From a virus (Duplodnaviria; Heunggongvirae; Uroviricota; Caudoviricetes), in IMG/VR virus record IMGVR_UViG_3300042154_004306: a stretch of 64,000 nucleotides of DNA. One strand, given 5' to 3'. The notes beneath the pieces were generated by a model, which saw only the letters and a program-made list of their open reading frames with translations, made no database searches and was not told the origin of the DNA. Shown one piece after another: positions 18,801-27,456 of the stretch. The position numbers and the translations under genes were made by a program. Each line of letters opens with the position of its first letter. Positions within the stretch are counted from its first letter, which is position 1.

Positions 18801-20172
18801 GGCCTAGAGCCTTAAGAGCCTCTACGTTTTTCTCGATCTGCTTTGGAAAAACCGTGTCTCTTTCATTTTTTAATTTAGTAGGTAGAGTCTTTGCGGCATC
18901 TTCATAAAATTTAGAGTACTGTTCTTGATTCGCAATGTAAAATGTTGTGTCCTCTTCGGTTATTGATTTTGGAGCGTTGGCTACCTCTTTTATTATTGGA
19001 TCAATTTTGTCTGGATCAACAGTAAGGCCTCTTTCTTCAGGTGTGTACAAGTACCTAACTGGATTTGCGAGTTTCTTGTAGAGACCAGCATACCCACCGG
19101 TTTTATTATACAAAGCTCCAGGAATGAATGCGTAGTCTGATTCAGTTGGAAAACCTGACTGAAATGCTCTAGATTGAATTGCAGTTCCTATTGTATTAGC
19201 GAATGGCGAAAATTTTAGATATGGACTTTTTCTGAGGCTAATGATTTTTTCAATTTGTTCAGAAGAGCCGTCCGCTTTTACTTGAGGTACGGTAAGTTTA
19301 CAGTAGTCTAGGTCAATTAGCCTAACTTCATACGATACTGATCTAGCTGAAGTGACTAACCCAGTAATGGGCTGGACTGTATCAATATCGGTAAAAATTG
19401 GAATTAGTTGGCCACTTATCTGTCTGGTTGTAATAAGCGTAGCTAATTCAACACTAGAGGCTAGGCCAAGACTAGGTATTGACTGAATTTTGGTTTTTAG
19501 CGCATTAGTTGCGGCAGCCTTTGCCTGTACTTGAGATTCAGCTGCGGCTATTCGGGCAGAGCGGCTCGATGAATATGCTTTGTAAACAGCAGACGATATG
19601 AATACGGCTACATCACTTGAACTGAAAGAGTTAGGTAGCGAATCAAGGTTGCCGCCTACCACCTCAAGAAAAGTTACGTCATCTAGCTTAGTAAACCAGT
19701 TTAGTAAAGCTACTATTGATGCAACGGCTGCTTCGCTATTAACGTAATCATCGTATATCTTCTTTTCAAGTAGAGCTAACCGGTTAAATTCATATTGCCA
19801 ATAAAGGAAATCTGATGTGAATGGGGCTAATGTTGTTATCGTATCATTGAAGAATCTATAACGTTCTCGATAGTGAACTGAGATGATTTGGTAATGATCT
19901 TGGGCCTCTTCTAGTTTACCTTTAATTGTTGCAAGTTCAATAACGGTTGACTGTTTAGAAAGTTGATCTAGTATTATCTTTTTAACCTCTTCAATGCCAT
20001 CGTTTACGCATGAATCGGTCTCTGGGACAGTAACTTTTACATTGGACGGCGGTGGCGCAACCGGTTCAGGTAAACAGGCTTTGACCTTTGCTAAGTCATC
20101 CTCAGTGAACATTGGAGCGGCGGTCCTTCCGCATTTGATATCGTTAATTAATTTCTTAAACTGATTGTCCAA
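15820..20172 (-). CDS. large hypothetical protein (1450 aa, helical with Pro/Ile/Leu-rich segments), probably late/virion
   Basis: Long ORF with TTG start and a late-promoter variant GATAGATAA at 20191-20199 (minus). No family recognised. Confidence 0.6.
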   Translation of the reverse strand: MDNQFKKLINDIKCGRTAAPMFTEDDLAKVKACLPEPVAPPPSNVKVTVPETDSCVNDGIEEVKKIILDQLSKQSTVIELATIKGKLEEAQDHYQIISVHYRERYRFFNDTITTLAPFTSDFLYWQYEFNRLALLEKKIYDDYVNSEAAVASIVALLNWFTKLDDVTFLEVVGGNLDSLPNSFSSSDVAVFISSAVYKAYSSSRSARIAAAESQVQAKAAATNALKTKIQSIPSLGLASSVELATLITTRQISGQLIPIFTDIDTVQPITGLVTSARSVSYEVRLIDLDYCKLTVPQVKADGSSEQIEKIISLRKSPYLKFSPFANTIGTAIQSRAFQSGFPTESDYAFIPGALYNKTGGYAGLYKKLANPVRYLYTPEERGLTVDPDKIDPIIKEVANAPKSITEEDTTFYIANQEQYSKFYEDAAKTLPTKLKNERDTVFPKQIEKNVEALKALGQSEAADFFRQTTDAEVRLARPLTYKAKGSNIYLAGEFTYSSLDKVISSRLAYYTKAADEIDQKIKDIQYNIDQISELITQNSMDPDVLAKRISTVACFKDAAKAKATAKDCEAETKKKLGTDPLMIRTLSGTDSSLPDMNNPCYWKEFANSLNAVSLLPIPDLTAPLFRYYPINNIIPTPAGVVMIPMPQKWRALFSLSSSLGTLVTFLTLPALIVGIPLPSVYMFYFSPDGNKYMLLAPNIPLVFTPGASKYGFEIDTSGESDNPIGLSNSNPHKGQLVKGSLTIPITLAAGSSKAVRLAAFAADLAQGKKPSIKTPDGLPIKEIDPQFYLQNYLGKFEASVAALDGGAAEEFINITTKFKADLNAQFKILGDMQINAVTQLKEKTRSTRQKGVVGAEDITDPKDRLAAKDKARSLDPIQLTEKIQSVLSDFETYIDKINLGTISIPKNATRLNPKLPGAVTAAQPLIEKASRGELIPDLKSKNLIAIIKKFASQIDPNKLDLPKKEFNLNKLEDVDEFKKAIKKFATDALAHATGDKTTNEDIDPNLSEERKAEIAKANELRKKRIKAAFALSSLALTPPTIKLFDPTAPCCATDSTKPISLPSPQVLAAIAIFNALLDAFLQGITIDTLKSMFGDAVDRIGIDSVKSLFDSALSAFPPISIPELPDVVAIYKTMILPVLTATHIPQAPIPLGPVFPVPIVIPLNAIIKPLLKAAIAYLLELLLRLLSDAGNLLEFTGLSIDSPTLQEIIKQVPCGDSQFATVSTTNISKTVSVKLPNGIVLTLPKIPNIPLDLVSYFALLTSTDLVELIRGLLFAAIDGILEPLKNIVVPVLNIAQSFKDLSLNIIESSNPFILPIKLLTLALQLQIPNSAKTRIMNLEAINLIRAAYVPVVTATEPILRETAYLLAILAPAFASKPGVKIARIAANPFVNQDDLPPWERLTHKNPLFAIFLDEIAWRSSLTSTGSLIFATKMPGIFTGVRMITSDPGIH

Positions 20173-20214
20173 TTGTAAAAATTCTTTATTTTATCTATCG
20201 ACTCGACTAAATAG

Positions 20215-20251
20215 AACAGCGCCCGTGAGAATTACTCAACAGGCGCATGTT
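20215..20251 (-). terminator. probable terminator hairpin after groEL
   Basis: Imperfect inverted repeat AACAGCGCC..TGAG-aatta-CTCA..GGCGCATGTT. Confidence 0.45.
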
Positions 20252-20271
20252 CATCGATGGCTAATATTCGA

Positions 20272-21855
20272 TTATTGAACTTGAGAGTTCATTTGGGGTT
20301 TTTGTACCATTAGGCAGTCAGTTGTGATTAAAAGGCCTGCGATTGAAACCGCATTCTCTAGAGCAGTTCGAGTAACTTTAACTGGATCAATAATTCCGTT
20401 ATCAATCATGTCAACATATTCCTCAGTTTTAGCATTGTAACCTGGAGCACCATCGTTAATTTTACTGAGCACGATATCTGGATTGACTCCAGCGTTTTCT
20501 AAAATTGAACGGAACGGCTGATTGCAAGCTTTCTTAATTAATTCTACGCCTAGTGCAATATCTCGATTAGGCGAAGCGTATTTGAATGAGTTTACTGCCT
20601 TGACTAGGGCAAGTCCTCCACCCATAACGATACCTTCAGCAACTGCTGCTCTAGTTGCGCCTAATGCATCATCAATTCGATCTGCTTTTTCTCTAGCTTC
20701 AAGCTCAGAAGTTGCTCCAATTTTAATAATTGCAACACCTCCCTCAAATTTAGAAAGTCTTTCCTTTAATAGGAGTTTAGTAGTTTCAGACTCACATGCT
20801 TGAATTTGCGACTTTAGGTCATTTGTTAATTCAGCAATTGCATCAGCTGTTCCAAATCCACCGATTATTGTGGTTGAATCTGATGCGATTGTGACCTTAT
20901 CACAGCCGCCAACATAGTCCGTGGCAACTGCCTCTTTAAGAGTAACTCCGTCTAACTCAGAAATTAATTTTCCACCAGTTAAGGTAGCAATGTCCTGTAG
21001 TTTAAAACGGCGTTGTTCTCCAAATCCTGGTGATTTAACGGCGGCTACTTTTAAAGTTCCCTGTAGTTTATTAACAAGTAGAGTGTTTAAGGCTTCGCCA
21101 TCAACTCCATCGCTAATTATTAATAGTGGACGTCTTTGTTTGTTTGAGTGCTCTAAAAATTGTAGCATGTCCGATAGATTTGAAATCTTACCATCATATA
21201 CTAGAATTAAAGGTTTTTCAAACTCAACGGTGTTTCTTTCCGGATTAGTAATGAAATATGGAGACAAGTAGCCATTTTGGAATTGCATACCCTCAACTAT
21301 TTCAACGAAAGTTTCACCAGTTTTACTTTCACTCGCCGTAATGATTCCGTCGAATCCTACAGCCTTCATTGCATCAGCAATAATTGATCCAATTTCTTCA
21401 TCGTTATTTGCGGAAATTGTTGCAACTTGTCTAATTTTTTCAAAGTCCTCTACCTTTTGAGCCTGTTCTTTTAAATTATCGATGATGAGTTTCATTCCAA
21501 TCTCGATCCCCTTTTTAAGATCCATTGGATGAGACCCTGTCTCGATCAATCGGTTACCCTCAGTAAAGATTGCATGTGCAAGAACGGTCGCGGTGGTTGT
21601 ACCGTCGCCAGCTTCCATTGCAACTTTATTTGCAACCTGTTTAATTAGTTGAGCTCCAACGTTTTCCATGTAGTCCTCAAGCTGAACTTCACGAGCAACA
21701 GTTACTCCATCCTTTGTTATTGCAACACTGTTGTTACGAGCAATAACAACATTACGACCTCTTGGGCCTAACGTTACCTTGACCGCTTCAGCCAATGCAT
21801 TAATACCGATGGCTAATTGTTGTCTGGCTTCTGCCTTAAATTTAGTTTGATTCAC
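20272..21855 (-). CDS. groEL: chaperonin GroEL
   Basis: AVKVTLGPRGRNV, ITKDGVTVA, GDGTTTATVLA, AVKSPGFG and GIIDPVKVTR. GTG start; no GGM tail. Confidence 0.97.
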   Translation of the reverse strand: MNQTKFKAEARQQLAIGINALAEAVKVTLGPRGRNVVIARNNSVAITKDGVTVAREVQLEDYMENVGAQLIKQVANKVAMEAGDGTTTATVLAHAIFTEGNRLIETGSHPMDLKKGIEIGMKLIIDNLKEQAQKVEDFEKIRQVATISANNDEEIGSIIADAMKAVGFDGIITASESKTGETFVEIVEGMQFQNGYLSPYFITNPERNTVEFEKPLILVYDGKISNLSDMLQFLEHSNKQRRPLLIISDGVDGEALNTLLVNKLQGTLKVAAVKSPGFGEQRRFKLQDIATLTGGKLISELDGVTLKEAVATDYVGGCDKVTIASDSTTIIGGFGTADAIAELTNDLKSQIQACESETTKLLLKERLSKFEGGVAIIKIGATSELEAREKADRIDDALGATRAAVAEGIVMGGGLALVKAVNSFKYASPNRDIALGVELIKKACNQPFRSILENAGVNPDIVLSKINDGAPGYNAKTEEYVDMIDNGIIDPVKVTRTALENAVSIAGLLITTDCLMVQKPQMNSQVQ

Positions 21856-21871
21856 TTATTATTTGGTTATT

Positions 21872-22615
21872 TTACTTTACTATTATATCAGACTTTTCAA
21901 TTTGGTTTAGGCCAGATAATCTTAAAGCCGTCTGAATTAGAGTAATTACGTCTTTTTGACAGTATTCTTTGATTCTATCTGACTCTCCAGCATAGAAGGT
22001 TTGGTGAACCTCTGCTCCGTTAATATCGTCTTTTGGCGAATCTATGCCCAACACTGATGCAAGTAGATCAAGCGAGGTAAATCCCTCTTGCCATGCGCCG
22101 AACGACCAAAGTTCGGAAGTATCAGTTATTGAGATTTCCCAAGGCTTCTTGTCCCAAACTTGAAGAGGAGTTGCTGGCTCAATTCCATGAATGAATGCTC
22201 TTTTACATAGGAACGGCACGTCAAACCGCTTGACATTATGGCCAAAAAGTTTAATTCCATTCTTTGCTAAACCTGTCATTAATTTAAACGACTGATTTAA
22301 AATATCAATTTCGTTATTGCCAGAATAGGAAACTATTTGGGCAGTTGGTGCCCCATCAACGAATTTCAGCTTACCGAATGAAACGCAAACAACTCTACCG
22401 AATTCAGCCTGCAGAGCAGATTTCATTTGAAAAAGCTCATCATCTGATTTGTCCTTGTTGTCTGGATACTTTTCGCCGAGTTGAGTTCTTAAGAGTTCCG
22501 CTCTTTTTGACCAGAGCTCTTGTAGTTTTGGGGATAATTCTGAAAAATTTGACTCTGCTCCCGCAGTTTCAATGTCAAAAAACAGAAATTTTTCTAATTG
22601 GTGATGATCGAACAT
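21872..22615 (-). CDS. stand-alone PolB-like 3'-5' exonuclease (DEDDy)
   Basis: FFDIET, GHNVKRFDVPF, KPWE..DT and YCQKDV. Confidence 0.85.
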   Translation of the reverse strand: MFDHHQLEKFLFFDIETAGAESNFSELSPKLQELWSKRAELLRTQLGEKYPDNKDKSDDELFQMKSALQAEFGRVVCVSFGKLKFVDGAPTAQIVSYSGNNEIDILNQSFKLMTGLAKNGIKLFGHNVKRFDVPFLCKRAFIHGIEPATPLQVWDKKPWEISITDTSELWSFGAWQEGFTSLDLLASVLGIDSPKDDINGAEVHQTFYAGESDRIKEYCQKDVITLIQTALRLSGLNQIEKSDIIVK

Positions 22616-22681
22616 GATTATTGTATTTTACAAGATAAAATGTACTAATAATTAGCAAAAAGTAGCTTAGGAACTACGATT

Positions 22682-22760
22682 CTAGGTACTAGGTACCTTA
22701 ATTCTTTATTTTATATTAAATAAGTAGACTAAGTACTAAGGCTCTAGGTTCTAGGCTCTA
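22682..22760. repeat. CTA(G/A)G 7-8-nt periodic repeats flanking an AT-rich core
   Basis: CTAGG at 22682, 22689, 22744 and 22751; CTAAG at 22729 and 22736; a 26-nt core at 22698-22723 containing a single C. Confidence 0.6.
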
Positions 22761-22811
22761 TACCCTCCCAACACCCTTATTCTACAGTAACTATTACTAA
22801 AGTTTTAGGCA

Positions 22812-22838
22812 AAACTAAAGTTTTTTTAGTAGTAGAAT
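22812..22838 (+). promoter_or_regulatory. non-late promoter AAACT-N13-TAGTAGAAT
   Basis: Motif upstream of the ruvC-like and gp55-like genes. Confidence 0.65.
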
Positions 22839-22861
22839 ATTTCAAATCATTAAAATGAGCT

Positions 22862-23536
22862 TTGTTTGTAATTGGCATAGACTTTTCAATACAGTTTCCA
22901 GCTGTTTGTATCAGTAAAGACTTTAAAAGTTTTAGCTGGGTCGCTTGTGTTAATTCAAATTTAACCAAAGCACATAGAAAACTACTCGAGGACGTTCAAA
23001 TCGAATATCCAACTCTTGAAGTCATTTTTCTACCCCCTAAGAATCTTAAGCACGACACCTATTCTGCCACCGAACGGGCTAAATTAGAGAATTACTCCAG
23101 GCTAGTCGATACTCTAATGGACAGAGTTAATCAAATAGTTCTGCCTGGACTAAATGGTCAACCTCTAATTGTTTCAATTGAAGGAATTGCGTATGGCGCT
23201 CAAGGTAATGCCTTGATTGATATATGCCAGGCAACCGGCATGCTTAAAAAGAAGATCTTAGACACCACTCTAAACGGTCATCAGGAAAGCGTGTTCATAT
23301 TCTCACCTGGGGAGCTTAAGAATGCAATTGGAGCTAAAGGTAATGCTGGCAAATACGACGTGTACCAGCAATTCAAATCAAATCCAATGATTGCCGATGG
23401 CAGTAGCCTTCACCAGGTGATAAATAAGTACGAGGATTTAATCCACAAGGATCAAACTGTGAAATCACCGTTTATGGACATGATCGATTCTTATTTAGCT
23501 GTACTAAAAATACACAAGTCGTTAAAAGAATCATAA
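22862..23536 (+). CDS. RuvC-like Holliday junction resolvase
   Basis: IGIDFS, SIEG.AYG, P..LK...GAKGNAGK and DMIDSY. TTG start. Confidence 0.75.
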   Translation: MFVIGIDFSIQFPAVCISKDFKSFSWVACVNSNLTKAHRKLLEDVQIEYPTLEVIFLPPKNLKHDTYSATERAKLENYSRLVDTLMDRVNQIVLPGLNGQPLIVSIEGIAYGAQGNALIDICQATGMLKKKILDTTLNGHQESVFIFSPGELKNAIGAKGNAGKYDVYQQFKSNPMIADGSSLHQVINKYEDLIHKDQTVKSPFMDMIDSYLAVLKIHKSLKES

Positions 23537-23539
23537 TTC

Positions 23540-23959
23540 ATGTCAAAAGCCAAGGAAAGTAAGTACTACATCAATAATAGAGACTTCACAAATGAAATAA
23601 TTCGGTGTAAGCACGGACTCTTAAACGAAGCCACCGGTTATCAACACAAAACTGGTGAACTTTCGCCGATTGCAATCAACTATTTTATAATTTTAGCAAA
23701 CCGCGCAATCTTAAAGCTCAGATTCAGTAACCCTTTAGACAAAGAGGACTGTATTCAATCAGCTCTACTTGATCTGCTGAGGTACTGGCGAAATTTCAAT
23801 GAAGAAAAGTCAAACAATGCCTTTGCCTACTTCACGCAGATCGCAAAAAATGGCTATGCAAAGGAATATAAAAAGATCTATAAGCACATTGGCAAGGGAG
23901 AGAAAGTAGAGTTTGTTTCGTTAAGCCATTCAGGCGAGAGCGAGATCTACACGATATGA
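23540..23959 (+). CDS. late-transcription sigma factor (T4 gp55-like)
   Basis: YYINNRDF, EDCIQSA and NFNEEKSNNAFAYFTQI resemble the gp55 NF..EKS.NPFAYFTQI signature. Confidence 0.8.
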   Translation: MSKAKESKYYINNRDFTNEIIRCKHGLLNEATGYQHKTGELSPIAINYFIILANRAILKLRFSNPLDKEDCIQSALLDLLRYWRNFNEEKSNNAFAYFTQIAKNGYAKEYKKIYKHIGKGEKVEFVSLSHSGESEIYTI

Positions 23960-24016
23960 ACCTTTTTGTACCTAGTCATAGATAGCACAGTCGGCCTTAA
24001 CCTGAGTAAAGGTTCT

Positions 24017-24025
24017 AATAAATAA
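24017..24025 (+). promoter_or_regulatory. late promoter AATAAATAA
   Basis: 23 nt upstream of the 24049 structural gene. Confidence 0.6.
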
Positions 24026-24048
24026 AGGTAAAGCGCTAGGCACCACAC

Positions 24049-27000
24049 ATGAATATTAACAATCTCGTATTTTTTGATAAAAACGGAGAATCTTATAACT
24101 TTTCGCAGAATACCAACGGTGTTTGGGAAGGAGCTGACTATTTTTTACCGGTTTCAACTGCGCTGTACGATGTTTCTAACCTCTTTATTCTAGAAAAAGT
24201 AGGTTCAACCTACAAATTTCCAGCACTGGCTCCAGGTTCGGCCTTGAGATTCAAATGGCGTACTGCCCAATTCTCAAAGGAGTTCTTCTTATTCACAATC
24301 TCAAAGGAAGATGAGAACACCGATTCAACAATATTCTTAAATAGAGCTAATTCAATAGACATTGTCTATTCTGATATTGATCCAACTGGTTCAACTAATC
24401 TTGACCTAGCCTATCCATTACAGGTCAATGTTGGTTTTGCACCAACTGATGAGGTTGCCTACACCAGAATCTTAGACATTTACTATGAAACTACCTCAGA
24501 GACCACACTAATAGGAACAATCACATTTTACGGTGAGGGAGAGGATGAGGACGCCCGATTTAGAGTATGGCTTGAGAACTTTGGTATTAAATTCAATAGG
24601 GAAGATGCCTTATTACTTAAGGACTATGATCTAAAGGAAGGTTTACCCGATTGGAATAAAATTAATCAGGCTAGAAAAGAAATACTTGTAAACCGAGACC
24701 AGATCTATCCGTATATTGGTACATACAAGGGATTAATTAATCTAATAAACATTCTAGGTTATCGAGATGTACTTAGAGTCAAGGAATACTGGCAAGACCG
24801 TGATTCAAATTCAGCGTATTACCAAAAGTACGCAATGGTTGATATCACCGACTTAATGACCCATGGTAATCTAGACGCAATCGATCTAGTTGAACTAAAC
24901 GGCCAAATTAAAAAAGGCGGTAAATTCAAAAAGACCGAGTTTCTTGCTCTAGCTTACGAATTTTCAGTAGCTAGCGATAATTACGATGATGACGGGGTTC
25001 CAGAAGTAGAATTCACAACTGAATTTGAGGTTAACGAAATATTCTACAAACTTAACAGGCTCTCTACTAAGTTAAAGCAGGACATGCTACCAGTAAACGT
25101 TGTTATCAAGGATATTATTGGAGAATTCATCTACTTTCATAAATTTAACTTAAGAAGCTGGTCGGATGTTACCTATATCAATTCGCTAGAGATTAATGAT
25201 GACTATAATGTTGTGATTAACTCACCAATTGCAAAGACTCAACTGTTACAAATTAGAGATATTAAAACTCTCTATCCTAAAACCGTTAGCATAGCACCTC
25301 CGTCTAACACAGCAGTACTTTCACAATTTCCAAGCATAACGTTCAACACATCAACCACTCAACCATATCAATACTCACAAAAATATCCAGTGTCAGAGAT
25401 TCCTGCACTGCTTGTAGCAATCCAAGACTACTATCAAAACTTAAGTAACTACGAATTCCAATACCATGGCCAACCTAATCCGCTCACAAGTGGAGACGAT
25501 ATTGATGGAAAAGTTGGATGCCCTGTTGCATTGGAGGCCTACATTCCAGAGTTCACGATCGCTCAATTGGACGGCTCTAAATTCGCTGACTTCGGTGGAA
25601 CTCATTACACAATTGGCAATATCAAATATCGAAACGGATACGAAATTGAATGGGATATCACTGGACCACAAGGCTATATTTTTAATCGTAGAGGTAATTT
25701 GCTGGACCTAGTTAAAATTCCTCACATTCTACCCTATATTGGAAGCTACACAATCAAGTCAACTGTGTACGATATGCAAGGTGGACAAAATGTGAGTTAC
25801 TTTCACCCAACCGTTATAACTGAGGAACCTGTTATTCAAATATTTACTAAGATTCAGGACAAGAATCGCTATGATTTCCGAAACTTAGATAACGTTACAC
25901 TAGGCGATCTTGCGTCAAGTCCATTATATCAACCGTTTGCAAATGTTGTTCAAGCCGGTAACACAAGCACGGATTTGCCCGCTCACTATCTTGACTGGAA
26001 TACCTATTCCAATAATTTTGGAGTTGGAAATCCACAAAGAGAGGTTGAAGTTTATTCTGAAAGCTTAGGTTTTGAGCCAATAGACGACTCAGACAATCAC
26101 GTTGCCATACAATGGGGTACAGGTAAAGGTGAATTCGGCCAGCCCACCCTAGAAGATTACGGATTATCCACAATTGGTGAATTAGTAATGAATCGACTGT
26201 GTGACTTTTCTTACGTACCGGACAGAATAAATGGATTCATATTGGATTTACCTAACATGACAAATAATTTCGATACCATTAACTTCATTAATTTCCTAGA
26301 CTGGAATATTTTAAACAGTTACGTAGTTACCTCTTATACGGATGCAGCGGACTTAGCCAATCAATTAAATTCCGCGAGTAATACTCAAGTTGGTCAATAT
26401 CGATATGTTGCACTAAACGGCCGAGTTCACGCAATGGCAATTGAGCAGGACAGGGGACTTCACCGAATCCTAAAGGTCTTAACTTCAGCAGGAAATGAAT
26501 TTAGAATAAAAACTTTTTGTTATCCATTTGGAGTCTATTCCAGAGATCTAGTGGATAGACTAAACACCCAACTTTCACAAATCGCTAGAAGAATAGACGC
26601 TGATTTACTTTTCTTAAATGCGCCATTTGACGATATTTTAGAAAAGACTGGTGAAACTGCCATTTCTAAAACACCTGGTATAATTAGCTCAAGCTTTCCC
26701 GGAACAATTTTCACATTCACACTAAACATGAGAAAAGAATTTGAAAGTGGAACCATCGTTAGGGCAATAGACGCAAGTGACCAAACTCGATGGATAGAGG
26801 GAACATTCACTCAGAACTCCGAATTCAATACGCTAACTCTTACTGTAATTTCCGCGCACGGATACGGTCCTTCAGGTACTCCAGTATCCGAATGGCGATT
26901 TGAATATTCTGACTCAAATACACTCGAGCCTGCTATCTATGCAAATGCCAATAACATTAACTATTGGATAAACAAAGGATTCATTGAATTCACTAATACT

Positions 27001-27405
27001 ACAAGCGGACCATCCTCAACTCCGTCCGCGTCAGTTAGAGGATTCTTACCTTCAAACTACGATCAAAACACCTTTAACCTAACTAACTTAAAGATTGGAT
27101 CGGATGGGCTAGTCGTACCTCTGGAGCACCCAGTATTTGCAGCAATTTCAAATATCGATTCTAAAAAGGAGTGTATTTGGACCTTGAAACATGTTGGGGA
27201 AGAAATTGCTAAAATTAAATCAACCTCATTTTTCATTTGGAGATTTGACGAACCTGGTGCATACTCAATAACAGTTGATGCGACCGACGTTAATAATAAC
27301 GTATTCTCATTAACTCGTGACTTTTTTGCTGCAAATACAAAGTCAATTCCTGAGTATAAGAAATACTTAACGGACACACTAAACCGCAGAAAGGCCAAAA
27401 TGTAA
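24049..27405 (+). CDS. virion structural protein, probable baseplate wedge subunit with PKD/Ig-like segments
   Basis: IGTYKGLINLINILGY resembles the baseplate-wedge 'KGT..G' motif. PKD-like ends GSYTIKSTVYD and PGAYSITVDATD; late promoter upstream. Confidence 0.5.
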   Translation: MNINNLVFFDKNGESYNFSQNTNGVWEGADYFLPVSTALYDVSNLFILEKVGSTYKFPALAPGSALRFKWRTAQFSKEFFLFTISKEDENTDSTIFLNRANSIDIVYSDIDPTGSTNLDLAYPLQVNVGFAPTDEVAYTRILDIYYETTSETTLIGTITFYGEGEDEDARFRVWLENFGIKFNREDALLLKDYDLKEGLPDWNKINQARKEILVNRDQIYPYIGTYKGLINLINILGYRDVLRVKEYWQDRDSNSAYYQKYAMVDITDLMTHGNLDAIDLVELNGQIKKGGKFKKTEFLALAYEFSVASDNYDDDGVPEVEFTTEFEVNEIFYKLNRLSTKLKQDMLPVNVVIKDIIGEFIYFHKFNLRSWSDVTYINSLEINDDYNVVINSPIAKTQLLQIRDIKTLYPKTVSIAPPSNTAVLSQFPSITFNTSTTQPYQYSQKYPVSEIPALLVAIQDYYQNLSNYEFQYHGQPNPLTSGDDIDGKVGCPVALEAYIPEFTIAQLDGSKFADFGGTHYTIGNIKYRNGYEIEWDITGPQGYIFNRRGNLLDLVKIPHILPYIGSYTIKSTVYDMQGGQNVSYFHPTVITEEPVIQIFTKIQDKNRYDFRNLDNVTLGDLASSPLYQPFANVVQAGNTSTDLPAHYLDWNTYSNNFGVGNPQREVEVYSESLGFEPIDDSDNHVAIQWGTGKGEFGQPTLEDYGLSTIGELVMNRLCDFSYVPDRINGFILDLPNMTNNFDTINFINFLDWNILNSYVVTSYTDAADLANQLNSASNTQVGQYRYVALNGRVHAMAIEQDRGLHRILKVLTSAGNEFRIKTFCYPFGVYSRDLVDRLNTQLSQIARRIDADLLFLNAPFDDILEKTGETAISKTPGIISSSFPGTIFTFTLNMRKEFESGTIVRAIDASDQTRWIEGTFTQNSEFNTLTLTVISAHGYGPSGTPVSEWRFEYSDSNTLEPAIYANANNINYWINKGFIEFTNTTSGPSSTPSASVRGFLPSNYDQNTFNLTNLKIGSDGLVVPLEHPVFAAISNIDSKKECIWTLKHVGEEIAKIKSTSFFIWRFDEPGAYSITVDATDVNNNVFSLTRDFFAANTKSIPEYKKYLTDTLNRRKAKM

Positions 27406-27423
27406 GGTCCTCCTGGTTTTCTT

Positions 27424-27432
27424 AATAAATAA
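27424..27432 (+). promoter_or_regulatory. late promoter AATAAATAA
   Basis: Upstream of 27457. Confidence 0.6.
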
Positions 27433-27456
27433 AAAAGACAAAAAACTACCTAAAAA

